This document shows positions 29,765 through 42,800 of a DNA stretch of 64,000 nucleotides, piece after piece. The stretch lies in NCBI GenBank assembly GCA_009103225.1, contig RHPI01002568.1:137742-201741 (forward strand), written 5' to 3'. The position numbers were made by a program, and so were the translations under genes. Below the pieces are notes generated by a model. It was given only the letters and a program-made list of their open reading frames with translations. It did no database searches and was not told the origin of the DNA. Source of the DNA: Chlorokybus atmophyticus (Eukaryota > Plantae > Mesostigma and Chlorokybus algae). Position 1 is the first letter of the stretch. Every line of letters begins with the position of its first letter.

Positions 29765-31151
29765 GTATCATTACCATCATCACTAGCACTGCTGTTGCCA
29801 GAGACACTCTTTGCTCTGTTGTTCCCCGAAGCATCCACCAACCACCTCCATCCACACTCAACGAGTGCTTCCCTTTTTCAACATGAGCTGAACCTGAATC
29901 TCTCTTCCAGGTCTCATTCTCTCTCTCTCTCAACAGCAGGCTCCCGGCAGCAGCTCACCATCCAACTCGTCTTCTGTGCTCAGCCTGCGCCGGCCTGGCC
30001 GCTTGCGCCCATGTTCCGGCCGCCGCCATGCGGGGGAGCAGGCCCGAACGTCGCAGGCTGAGCACAGCGTTGCTCATTGGATTGGGCAGCTCAGTAAACC
30101 AGGGGACACTTTCACTAAGCTGGCGGAGGCGGCGAGCGGGAGAGTGTGCTGGGCCAGGCGCCGGGGCGAAGGACGCATAGCAAAAGAGGTAAGCTGACAT
30201 CCCCTTTGATGCGCCTCAAGGCTTATGGCGCTGGCAGAAGGTGAACGCAAACGCACAGCGCATGACGTGTCTACGGAACATGACACCCAGTCGTACAAAC
30301 AGACTACTGTGCCCTGGTATTGATCTCAGCTTGTTTATCTATTGACTCTGTCTCCCTGGCGCTTTCAATACGCCCCCCTCCCATCGCCAGTCCCCCGGGG
30401 TGGGGGGGTGGGGGGGTTTGTCTCCGATTGCCCTCTTGCAGTGCAACAGTGACCAAACTCGCAGTATGTATATCAGGCTGCACAAATAACTGCGTGAAGT
30501 AGTGCGTTCATGCGCATGTCCTTGCCATAACTCGCGCATCCGCTTGACACATTGCCAGACTGCATGCTGAGTCATCAACGACCATGCATTTTTGATTGTG
30601 TATGAGTGTCAGCGTGGGTGCATGATCCGGGCGTCCAGATCGCTTGAGGGCGGTATCATGAATTCCAAACTTGATGGACAGCGCGGGTGTGGAACTATGT
30701 TGCAGTTGTTTGACCTTTTGCAGTACGTCTTGGTGGCTGCTGAACAGCTGGTGTAGGAGGGATGAGCAGCCGCTTCTGGGGGATGAAGCCCACCTCTGGT
30801 AGGTATGGCGTCACGTTTAAGGCAGATTTGCAGTTTTTCAATGAAAAGACACAATTTCGTATTTGAAAAAGTAGGGGTCAAAGCACTGCTGCAAATGTCA
30901 TGACATTGCAGCTGGCATGTGTAGAGGCAGCAAGTCACAATCGACTATGTGTGTAATGGACTGACAAACTGTATGTGCCATTGATGTGCCGCGTTTGCAT
31001 GAAGGCCTAGAGGCAGTACACGTGTAGAGGTTAGACTGGGCATAAAGATTCAACGATTCCCACAACTTCATCTAGTAAAAGTACAATGCGCTGACATGTT
31101 CGCGATTTCGTCTTGTCTGTAACTTGAGCTGAGCTGTGTTCTCAACTGTTG

Positions 31152-34100
31152 TTATGCATCGCCATCTTGGACCAGATCCTCATCAGCATTGATCCGTCTG
31201 TAAAACTCTGCAAGCGTGATGCAGGGAACATGATAGAGTCTGGCCATTTTCTTCAGATCTTCACAATCGGAGATGACGGCGACGCGGTAGCCCTTGTCCA
31301 GCTTGTGAAGCGCGCACTTGACAATGCGATAATTATGCTTCAGCTGTTGGCTGCGCAGATGTGGATACCCAGTGAACACCCTTCTGTCCTCAAGCCTGTC
31401 CTGGTCTTGCAAGAAGCGCATTCTCGCCCTGCGGAGCTTGTTAAGAGACTTCCATGTCTTGCCAGCAGCGTCGGCAATCGCTGCACCTCGTGTTGGGTTG
31501 TAGTGTAAGTTGCCAATTTCGCTGTTGACAACAAAAGGGAGGCGCAGTACGGCGTCAGCATAGCGCGGCGCACGAAGCTCTTTTTCTATGGCGAAGTTTT
31601 TCTTTCCAAACTCCAACGCTGCATTCACATCGGGCACCAGGTACAGCTGCTTCCCCGTGCCGTGCAATGGTCGCTGCCGCTTGGGAGCTGGCGGGTCTGC
31701 AAACGTCACCCGCTTACGAGCTGGTGGTTGCTGCTTTGGTGCTGCTGTGCTTCCGTTTTGTTCTGCACTCTTCACCTCGGGCTTGGCGTCCACTTGTACC
31801 TTATCTTGTGCTGGTGCCTCAAAAGGTTGTTGTTCTTGTCTCCGCTGCTGCGACTGCTGCTGCTGCTGCTCAGGCGAGTCCACGGCTTTTTGCGTCTGCT
31901 GTGACGCTGTGTTGTTTGCTTCCGCTGCACGTGTGTGCTTACAGGCTGCAGCTTGTTCTTCTCTATCTTCGCCAACGGCTTCGTCCGGCTGCCCTTCTTG
32001 AGGTTCGCCATCTTCAATAGGCACTGCAGCCATGTAGTGTGTTCTCGTCCCTCCTGGCAGAAGAGCCACATGTGCAACGTTATAAAAGTACTCATCTCCT
32101 GTGGCTTGGGCTGTTGGAGTGATGGTCAGTGATCGCACTTGTCCCTGATCTGCATCATCGTCCAAGAGCGTTAGTTGCTGCATGTCGCTGTTCCTATTAC
32201 ACATGATGTTGCAACTAACATGGCAGCATTGACGGTTGACGAGTGGTTACAGAGTGGTGTGTTGTGCCCACCTATGGTCCAAATTCTAAGGTTGATGTTG
32301 AGCGCTCGAGACAGGGAGTTGATAACCATATCGTCCGCCCATTCCGTGTCCTCAGCCATCCGCTGAAAATAGTCTTCCATGGTTCGCCCGTTCAAGCGCT
32401 GCAAAAGGCTGTCATGATAGTCGTCATCTTCCTGCTGTAGCTTCCACAGGTGGTCGAGAGCCATTGAACGAAGTTGCCGCGCGACATCCGAACCCTGAAT
32501 ACCAAAATAGACTCTCGCAATGGCATGGAAGAAGCAGCTTCCGTCTGCTTTTACATCTTCAAGTCGAAGAGGCGTGTACGGCGGCGGCAATGCTCGCAGT
32601 GCTCTCGTCAGGCGGGCAGCATCAGTTTCCTGTTCAGCGATCATGACGGGTCTGTCGTCTTGTTCTCTATCGTCTGCACTCTCAGGCGTCAAGGTGGGTC
32701 GCTGCCGCGCCAGGCTTGACAGGTGCTCGTTCTCTCCCAGCACTGACACTTCTGCTCTCTGGCGCTCGCGCATCAGTGCTTCACCATTGGCTTGTGCGCT
32801 GCGAGTGCGATCCTCCGCATCGCGGGGCTCTTGCAAGTCCTTGCACGCTAGCTCAAGGTGTTGTGAGCAGATCCGCAGCATGGACAACGATGTTTGCATG
32901 CTGGCGCGTCGCTTATCAAAAGCAGCCTCGTTGCTTGAGACAATGTGCTGCAGTGCTGCCATGATGATGTCGGGCAAGGCAGGTGGGCGACTTCGCGCTC
33001 CAGAAAGAAGGCGTCGCTCAATGAAGATTACCTGCTGGTTAAACCTTGCAAGCAGTGTCTGTTCGAGAGTGCTGCCGAGGTCGTCGTAAACTACCTCCAG
33101 CCGCTCCCTTAGCTTCTGCTTAAGGGCACTCAAGCTGGCCGTTTTGCGATACTCGTTAATTGACTCCAGCAGCCTACGTATCACTTTCTTTTCGTCCTCT
33201 ATGAGGTAGTGCTTCTCCAACACGGAAGGCTCAAGCGTTCGGAAGGTGCCCTTGCCTTCGCCGGCAATGAAAAAGTGTGCCAGCTCTTCTTCCAGCCTGG
33301 GCTTGCCTATTGTGTCCAAGTACTGCTGCACAGAGGTTCTCACTTGGGTTTCACCATTCCGCAATTGTGTGTGATGTGACAGCATGCTGCTGATGTAAGT
33401 TGCCATGCGCTTGGTCAACTCAGAAGCTGCGTCGTTGATGCAAGCTCGCAGTTGTGGTATAAGGTGCTGGAACTTCACGTCAATGTGATCGAACAGATAG
33501 CTGAACAGGTAGAAGGATTTGCGGTTGCCACAGTATGTTGGATGGAGGGCGTCCTTGGCGTTCCTGGCAGTCAGCTTTTCGCTAATCTTCTTCTCATCAC
33601 TCCAGTTACGCTCCGCATGTGTTAGGGCGCTAGCCATGGCTTCACTGACATGCTCATCGACGAAAGTATGTATGCAGCCGTCCACTTTGCTGCGGATCTC
33701 ATTAAGCAACGGTTTGAACTCTTTTTCGCATCCATCCCTGAAGTTTTCACGACCACGCTGCGTGTGCCTCCTCCTCTTACAGTAACTGTCAGCCAACTCT
33801 CGCAGCGCTCGCTCCTCCACTGACAGGGTATTTGATGTCTGTTTGCAGAGCTCCACGCCAGCATGTATGCGGTTCTGCAGGTCCTTCGTAAGCCTCAAGG
33901 CAGCAGACACCGACGGGAGCTCAATCAAGCTCAGCAACTCCCACCCACGGCACAAAGGCAGTATTTCTCGCGCGTGGTCCGCATCCTCACCCTGTAGCTC
34001 TTCCGCGCCTAGGATGATGGCTGCGTGATGCAGCGGATACGAGGTTATAAGCCGGATGCTGCTGCTCATGACTGCTTGCATTCGCTCTTCAACTTGAGTC

Positions 34101-35619
34101 ATTAGGTCGTTGTTTACATCTTGCTCTTCTTGCGCTTGCGGCCATTGTTCCAGCAGCATGTCGGACACTAACCTCTCCAACGTCTCAGAAGTTTTTTCCT
34201 CAAGTGTTCGAGCCGCTGCTTCAAGATGACTGCGCTCCCTGCACATGTGTGCAAGCCCAACAGCTGGGAGCCCCTTTCCACGGTTGAAGAGCCAGATCAG
34301 ATGGTGGCGTTCGGGACTGTTGCACAGATTGCGCATGAACCTGGAGTCCTGTAGAAACTGCACAACTTCCCTACTGCATTCAGCTTCCCGCTGCGTCACG
34401 CACACGACGGTTGTCGCCTGACGCAACATGTCTTGTGTTGCAGCCAGCCTGAGAGGATCGCAATCATCGAGCCCTGGGCCATCCATTAACCGGCAGCCTT
34501 TTACAATGCGACATGGTGCAAAGACAGTGATGCTCTTGATAGCTGCTCGGCACAAGTTTCCAGCACAGTTGGCCTGTTGCAGCGCTCTGCGCACAAAGCA
34601 TCTGTCTAGCATGGTGTCTGCAGATGCTGCTGCGTACAGGAAGGTTTTCCCAAGCTTCTTCTGCTTTTCAGCACGCAGTGTTGCATTCACCTCCTTTGAC
34701 TTGTGCTCGTCTTCCACCAACTCTCGGTACCTCTTCTGCAACAGGTGCAGCTCCTGCTTTGCAGTTTGGTCGTCTGCAGGCATTGTGATCTTGTTGGCTA
34801 GAACCGAAGCATGAAGTGCAGGTCGAAGAGTGGTTTTGACGCACTCTCGAAAGGCTTGCAGCTGTTGTTCCACCCAAGCAGCATCGTTGTACTCCACCAG
34901 TGCGTGCCAACTGGTACCATACTGCACGTTGACTACAACCGCTGTTGTTGCGGATGTCCCATTGGAGCTAGGAAGCAAGAACGGCTTGTGACGCCCACCC
35001 TCGCTGGTGCTTTCTCCATTGTCATCATCGTCACCAGTATCGTTGGTGGCGTCAATGCTATTCAAGGAATCACCATGGCACACGCGTTTGATGCTGCCGT
35101 ATGTGCACTCGTACTCGTTGTTCGCGTTGAACCATGATGGGTACACTGCGGCGTCCTCGTTCTCCCCGGTCCAGGTTTCCAAAACAACCTCCATGCTCCG
35201 CAGCATTTCACAGATTTCATCCTCCGTCTTGCTGTTCTCAATGCTTGGCAGGACAATGCCTTCTTCCTCTTCTAAGACACTATGCACACAAACTCTCTCT
35301 GAGCTTTGACACGAAGCTGCTGCGTGTAGGAACGACTTACATGCAAGCCTGCATTGCAAAAGGCATACCTCATAACATGCTTGATCGCCTCAAGCCCTTT
35401 GAGCCGTTTCAGGCGACTGAGTACAGCCAGATTGTCATGGTACTGGTGCTCGTCTACGCTTGTCAGCAACAGAAGAAGGTTGATGATAAACGTCTTGCCC
35501 ACTCCGTTGTTGCCCAGAAATGCAACGGCCCCTCCTGGTGTCCCTTCCATGATCGCCATCCAGCACCGCTCTGTTGCCTCCAGCACTGCTTTCAGCTCCT
35601 CCTTATTGGCGCCCTGCAT
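31152..35619 (-). CDS. Dynamin-like (SLIP-GC-type) GTPase, helical stalk, OTU deubiquitinase, PIN-like domain fusion, ~1418 aa (further 5' exons likely)
   Basis: Exons 35619-35369, 35279-32272 and 32149-31152 join in frame through GT-AG introns; the second intron has a CTAAC branch point. GTPase motifs GNNGVGKT, LLPSSNGTSATTAV and DGPGLDD. OTU motifs DVKADGSCFFHAI and THYMAAVP. PIN-like motifs YLVPDVNA, LPFVVNSEIGNL and VAVISDCEDLKKMA. Confidence 0.85.
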
Positions 35620-38230
35620 TCATGAGAGGCACGATTGTCATGGCACGGGACTTTCTTTCTTTTGCATCAGCTCTGCCTGCTCTCACTATCTCGCTTCGAA
35701 GGCAAGCTGCTACGCCTGCGGCCATGCAAGGTGATGACACATGAGTGACTTGTAACCCTTTTGCTCACCGCACGACGTATTGTGGCCAAGATGTCCTCCA
35801 GAGCATATACCGCCTTGTTGACTGGCTGGCTAACAAACCTGGGTTCTATTTGAAGGACGGCACAAGTGTAGCATATTTTAAGCAAGCACGACAGATGCTG
35901 CATGGCGGCAAATACATCTTGCTTGCCTCCAAATGCGTGTAGTAGTCATTGCGTGAGTATTGTGCTGGTTGGTTTTTGCGTGCAGGCACTCTCGAAGAAA
36001 ACTCACCTGTTTTTTCTATTCTTGCGCGCTTTTCCACTGGAGTCTCAACATCTTGCGGCTCTTCTGCATTACACGCATGTACTTAATTGCACATGCAGAT
36101 TTTGCAAGTTGTGCGACCATTACCAAAGCCACATGCTGTGCGCAGCAAGGAGTGAACAATGCATGCTCGAACAGCACAAACGTCAAGCAAACAGTTGATG
36201 TTGGTTTTGTTTCCAAAAGCGCACCTGCTGTATCCGCACTGGCAGCCAGCAGGGCATTGCGTTGCAAAGCCCATTGCGCACGTAAACCGGCTTCATGTAC
36301 CCACTGTGTTGTCGGTGCGGACCCAGGTGGTCTGAACGACGCGCGAAGGCGTTGAATATTCCTGTGAGCAAAGTCCAGTAAAGTAACATACAGCGAATGA
36401 GTACATATTCGACAACAGTACCAGGTATGTGGTGGGTGCATGCCTGCATTGGTGTACATATGTACCTTCTGGTGGCTGAGCTATTTATAGACTCAACACG
36501 CACTTCCCATACTCCTCCAAGAGCCTTTTCAACTTCCTGCAGTGTGCGGAGATGTGAGCTGAAGCAATGCCTGAAGGAATGCATCCTGCCGCACAAGGGG
36601 CAGTCGACGCCAAGATATAAGCAAACTACTCGTGCTCAAAGGTGTTGAGACGAGGACATTATGGTAATGTCTCCTGTGCGATGCGAGGAGTGTGCCCCCT
36701 TCCTCATGCAGTAGTTTGACTGCAGCTCCAATTGGTGTACTTGTGATTGTCTAATCAACCAATCGTGTCTGCATGTGTGCAGTTTTGGTGCAAGTAACAT
36801 AGAACGTTCAGCCAAAAGGACTTCGTGCCTGAGAATGTACATGTGTGTACACATTGCCATATAGAAAACACACAAACAGGCTGGACGATGCCAATATGCT
36901 ATCGCAATGCCAACTTCAACCGATGAGACAGCATGTATTGATGTGCACTTACTAAGCATGCATAGATGGAAGTTGTTCCTAGAGCACCAGTGCTTTCGGT
37001 GCACATCGCGCTGACTCACCGGCCTTTGCAGCCATTCTTGCAGCTGCAAGCGCCTTTCTTCAGCAGTTACGTCTACGTCTGCAGTAGGGAATCGCGGAAG
37101 CTTGAGGGGGAGCTGGGGAGGCATTGCTGCTGCTCGTCCTCTCCCCACAGCAAGGTCTCTGGTGTACACATTAAACAATGTCAACATCGTTAACAAGGAG
37201 GTTGAAAATGCGCCATACATGTATAGCTGAATGCAAGTTGCGTCGTTGTGCTGACAGCGCTGATATCAGAACTGCCACGAACTTACGATGTCTGAACGTT
37301 GCCACCAACAGCCATGACAGCTCTCAGGTGTGCTTGCAGCACGACAACCTACCACCACCAACACCAAAGCGACAGCGACAACAGCTGTTGCTACGTCAGA
37401 GACCAAGTACTACCGACGGTGGGAGGGATTGCACAAGTTCATTGGTGAACAATCACAAGTCTACGGATGATCTCCAGTTAGTGCCGTATGCGCGTGCGGG
37501 TGTATGTGATCATGATGAAGGAAAGAAATATGCAGTGATGCCAACTTTTTACGCACATTAGTTCATTCCGTAGCAGGGAATAACTTGCAACACGCGCAGC
37601 ACATACCAAGGGCGCAACACCTCCAACTGCAACACCACGAACGAAATACATCACAAAACCACGCAAGAAAAGCCATTCAGACCACCACACACGGTGACAC
37701 CAGGACAACACCCAGGACTCACCTCACAGTAGGCGCATGTGTCGCAGTTGCAAGTGCCAACGAGCCGTGTCGTTAGTGCTGTCGCTCGTCCGCCTTGCTG
37801 CTTCTGCTGCGTCCTTAGCCCCACACCATGTAGTGCGTGCCTCACTGGTGCGCAGCACTCTGGTGCACACCGCCGCCGCCGCCGAATAGCTGCCTCCCTG
37901 CCGCGCAGGTCAAAGCAGCAGCAGAAGACGACCCATCAACCGCCAGCAGTTTGTACATTTGCAGCTACGACGTGCACGGTACCTAAGTTAGTCAACTCGG
38001 ACTGACTTCAGCATTGAGCCAGAGCGTTACGGTCCTTAGTTAATTTAGCTACCCTAAGACCCGCAGGCGGCATGAGACTCGCAAGACGTTGCATCAGGCA
38101 TTTTTGTGCCGACGACTGACGGCAGCAGTTGGTGTCGCGCGGCCGCTAATCATTCAGTGACGACGGTCGGTGGAGCGGCGTCGTTGCAGGTCTGACGCGA
38201 CGTGTGGCCTAGCACCGTCTGAACGCGGTA

Positions 38231-38802
38231 GGGTTAACTGCCCTTAGTTGGGAATTGACCCTTACTTGGGAACATCACGTTTTCGGGCTGCAGCTGCCGG
38301 CCTAGCAAGTCTTTCCCGGTCAGGTTATTGGGGTTGTTAGCCCTCGTAAAGACCTATCCAACGAACCCAAACGGCCAATCAGGCCAGGAGTCATGCATTA
38401 TTGAAAATGAACAATTTTGCATGAAAACGGGCCAAAGTTTGTAGTATCATAACTTTTTCACATGAAGTCCAAATGCGTTTTTTGTCTTCGTGCCTAGTTT
38501 TTTTTACTGTTAAGACCTTATTTCCCAAGTTTTATTCCATTCTATGCGGAAATGGGATTTCACCTAGGGAAGTGCCCTAGCGTTTTCTGAGTCCCCAAGA
38601 TAGGGCTCGGGCAATGTGACACCCCTCACACCCTCTACTTCGGCGCGCCCTCACTCAATACTCATTATTAATATGTGAAAAATCATTGTGTAGCTAATAC
38701 TTCTGTTAACATCTATTGTTTATATATGTCCGCCCCAAAACCAACAACGCCGCCGCGAAATCCTTCAACCCCCAAACAGCCCCAGGTTAGGGCAGTTGAC
38801 CC
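38231..38802. mobile_element. 572-bp MITE-like non-autonomous DNA transposon
   Basis: 14-bp TIRs GGGTTAACTGCCCT / AGGGCAGTTGACCC (one mismatch), with TA on both sides (38229-30 and 38803-04). AT-rich non-coding interior. Confidence 0.7.
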
Positions 38803-41282
38803 TATGTTGAACATATGGCGGCCGCAACGCGAACGGCCCCACGGCAGATGGTGCCTTCAAAGGACGTTTTGTATCAGCAGGGCGTGACGCAGTTTAGCCG
38901 AACCGTCACAACGATGCGTCCACACAACCGAACATGTGATCCAATTTCAGCGACTTGGCGGAGGTAGGGTGGTCTGTGAGCAGCGGCGATGGACCCTGAC
39001 AATAGCCGCAGCAGCAGCTGGAGGCGGAGCAGACGCCAGCGCCGCAAGGCGGCTGCCCCGCGCACCCAATCTCACGTCCGCCTCCTTAGCCAACGCCACG
39101 GCAAGCAAAGCTAGAGCAGGCGACGCCGCTGGCGCGTTCAGTCAAAAGAATGTATACAGCTGTGGCACTACTCGACGACGCTTACACCAACACGGTTGCT
39201 GCTGCTGCTTCTACGACTTAATAACGGTGATACCGACAATCGCTAATGTGATCACTATCATGCTGATTAATAATCAAGCAATTAAGCCGAGCACTGCACC
39301 ATTAGCTTGAGATGTGTTTAAATGGACAAGACTCCCATATATGGTTCAGACATGTGATACACATGGAAGCATGCCCGCTGCAAAAGTTATGCATTTATTA
39401 ACATGATTGGTGGTTTACAAGGCAACCACCTGTTACTACGCTTACTTAATAGCAATCGGTGAGGCCTGTCGCAGGAAGGCCTGTGCGACACAACACCTTA
39501 AGGTCAATTCCGGATCGTGCCTATCGGCCCCACGGACTGGGCTCAATGCTTACAAGATGTGTGCCTTCTAACCTGGGTGGGCGTCTGCCCCACTGGGTTG
39601 AGCACTTGGGCTACACAGCAGATGGCTGCCATTGCTTCCAACCTAATAATAGATCTGGCACAAAGGCAAGACAGGCTATAATGGAGCTTAACTCTCCAGC
39701 GACCATCAGAGCTGCTACCATACCTAAGCATATCCGTTTTTTCATTTACAGGTGCCCGGCCTGTACCGGAGATTCACTGCGAGTAACTCAACATTTGGTT
39801 TATTGTGCAATCCATTGGCTTAAGGCGCAGTCAAAACTTCGTACTCTACGCTCGTTGCTCGAAAGTAATTAACGACAATTTGTACATGCCAAGTAGCAGT
39901 GGTCAACCTTAATGGCAGATTGTGGGCATACCAGTGCTGCCCTACTTTAAAAGCATCTTGCAATAGCATCTACAACCTGCAAACCACATATTTTTATCAC
40001 CACGACAATGCCCAACTGTTGCATTGAGAGTGGTCGTGCATTCATCCAGAACAACACAGATGATTATAGATAATGCCTCATCACAAACGCAATGATAGGC
40101 CATCGTCATTTGCGCATTTACGCGCACACACGCATTGCAGGTATGTGAGAACGTGACTTAAATCGTGCCTACATGCGTAAAAATTACAAACCAGCGTGCA
40201 GAGCACACAAGGTAGTCAACTGTCGCGTGTGCACTCATTGAGTTGTCACAACACTTTGCGATAACTAACTGTAAAAGCAATCGTACGGATAATTTACAAT
40301 GGTTTTGGGCCTGTGTTTTGACACGACCCACCTGTCTATGGCTTGGCCTGCAGCAAGTGATATGCATCACGTAAATAACGTACGCAGCTTGCCCCCGTGC
40401 GGCAACATTGCGGTCTCGCCTGACTCAATCGGATGCCTTAACCACAAATTTATGCCATGGCATGCATGGGCTCGTCATATACCCGAACGCGTAAGCTTCC
40501 AATCGGTTTAGCATTAATTAATGTTTTTAACGGCAATCAACCATGTGGAGATGAAGAGCGGTGCACGTACCTGCATGGCTTCCTGCTGTCCACAGTGTCA
40601 GGATGCCCAGTAGCAATCTTCATACTTTGGCAGGCCTGCAAGCAGCCAGTTGGGCATCACCAACATGTAAGCTACATGAATTACATCATTGACTCACCAT
40701 CAATGACCGTCATTGACATTATGTGACATAACCTCCTGCTCACCTGCGTATTGCTAAGGTTAAATCTCAACATAGCAGCGCCAACATATATCACCTTGCG
40801 CACACGGTGGTATCAACATCATGCTTAGACGCAGCTGACTACAAACTACCAGAGGTGTTAAGATACAATTTGTGCGAGCTATGGCAGCAAGTGCAACATT
40901 GAACTCACCGCCAACATCCTGCATTGTGGAACGTGCAATTGGCAGTGCATTAATAACCTGCTTGGCTGCGGCGTTGGAATTTGGGACCATAGCAAAACGT
41001 CAGCTTATCACCTTGAATGGCCTCAACATGAAGTAGCGGGACAGGAACATATCATGCTAACCGTCTAGGAGGGCTCACACTCCTCGCACATCCTTACATC
41101 CAGTGCACGACCCCGCGTTACCAGCATCAATTGATGGTTTACGACGAACCACGCATCACATCATCAACATAAGCAGCCATGCGTAGATGACCCGTTGGTA
41201 GTCTCCATCCAAGGGTCCCACGCGATCGCTACTCCCGACGATCGAATACCGCAGGATCTCCCGCAAAAGCTGATCCGTTAAA

Positions 41283-41760
41283 AACCTAGAATTTCTCACT
41301 TACAGTATCACCAAGTACCAAGTAGTTGGTGATACTGTAAGTGAGAAATTCTAGGTTAAGTTGTGCATGCCGGTGTCGTCTGTGAGACTTGGGTGACTTT
41401 GCTGTGCGTGGACTTGGTGTTGTTGATTGTCGCGCGCAACTAGCAAGCTGTGAAGGGAATCCAACTGTGTACAACAAGCTGTCCCGCTTGCGAAGAAACC
41501 TTTACCACTGTGAAGCGGGTACCTCATCTTACACGGTACTGCTGTCATGGGTGTGCGCTTGGTCGCACTCACGTGGATGGTGTGCTAGTTGCATTCCGAG
41601 TGCAGCATCAGTATACTTGTTGCATTCGTTTACCTCACTTAACAGTAGAGAGTCTTATGTTACCTCAGTGCAAGGAACTGTGTCACAGCATTACACGATA
41701 GTAATGGCTTGTTGACTCACAGTATTACCCCCTTTGCTTATGAGTGTTCTGCATCAGCGC
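41283..41760 (+). mobile_element. Diverged 5' repeat and primer-site region of the same Gypsy family, preceded by a perfect 32-bp hairpin
   Basis: tttacctcacttaacagt and gatagtaatggcttgttgactcacagtattaccccctttgct align with the minus strand of 59700-59410. Hairpin arms at 41283-41314 and 41326-41357. Confidence 0.8.
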
Positions 41761-42439
41761 TGCGTGCATTCTTGCCGTCAGAACAATTGCATCATTCAGG
41801 GAGTAGTCATTTGCTTGCACATAGCGCATTAGTAGCGTATAACATCGGCCGGGGGGACACTTTTGGTGTAGCGTTGTTTAGGGTTTTGATATAATCAAGC
41901 ACAGTCTGCCACTAGCAAGACATGTTTCATCAGCTTGCACTGTGTGCGAGCTATTTGGAGTTGTGATGAAAATTGCCATCACCCCGAATTATCATTGACA
42001 CTGATACCATATGTTAGACCCTTGAAGTGGTGCATGTTTCAAGTGACGTATATGCATGTTGATAGCACGCAGCACATAAGGGGGTATCATGTGCATCACA
42101 CGCAATGCCAAACAGTGGTAAGGATCTATATGCACCAGGTCAAGTACAGAGCCTACAGAACACAAACACGCCATTGTATTACCTAACATGTACAAGTTCA
42201 TCAACATATTTAAGGAGGTTCCTACATAGGAGCACTATGCATGGAGGGTAAAACTCAACTATCTTGAACAAAGGGTCTTCATGGCTTCTTCTGCAATGGT
42301 TCAACAATGTCATCCTCCGGAGTGTCTTAGGGCTCAGACCGGGGCTCAGACTGGGGCTAAGACTGGGGATCAGCTTGGGACCAGCACAAAGCTAACCCAT
42401 CCGGATCTCTGCATGTATTGCAGCCTCTCGTGAAACGTG

Positions 42440-42800
42440 AACATTGCGTGCCTTGCCTGTGCACCCTTTTGCTGCCATGAGCTTCTTCCACGCCTCCGAC
42501 ACTTGCGGTGGTGGTCAGTACATTTTTTCACCTTGACTTCTTCTCGACCAGTAAGGCGGGTAATGCACAAGTCGTGGAGGTGCTTCTCACACCCTGGCTG
42601 ATTGCACCTGTTGGGGTACATGGCGGCAAAGTCGATTGTCTCTCAATTAACAACAGAGCAGCCTTTAACATACTGTGAGCAGTTCCCTGAGCTCCTTGTC
42701 GCCACAATCTCCGCATCACTTTTTTTTTGCTTCGGGATATTGTCCTCCTTGGGGCTGTCCAATGTAAGGTCCACAGGCTCATTAACGACGCAACTGCTGA
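42440..42800 (-). pseudogene. Degenerate Cys/His-rich zinc-finger-like fragment, possibly from a transposase
   Basis: GNCSQYVKGCSVVN*ETIDFAAMYPNRCNQPGCEKHLHDLCITRL..KKCTDHHRKC, with an internal stop. Confidence 0.4.

Noticed and set aside
42330-42382. Four 12-bp tandem units, considered as a CRISPR-like array
   Set aside because: No spacers and a eukaryotic context; a simple minisatellite.
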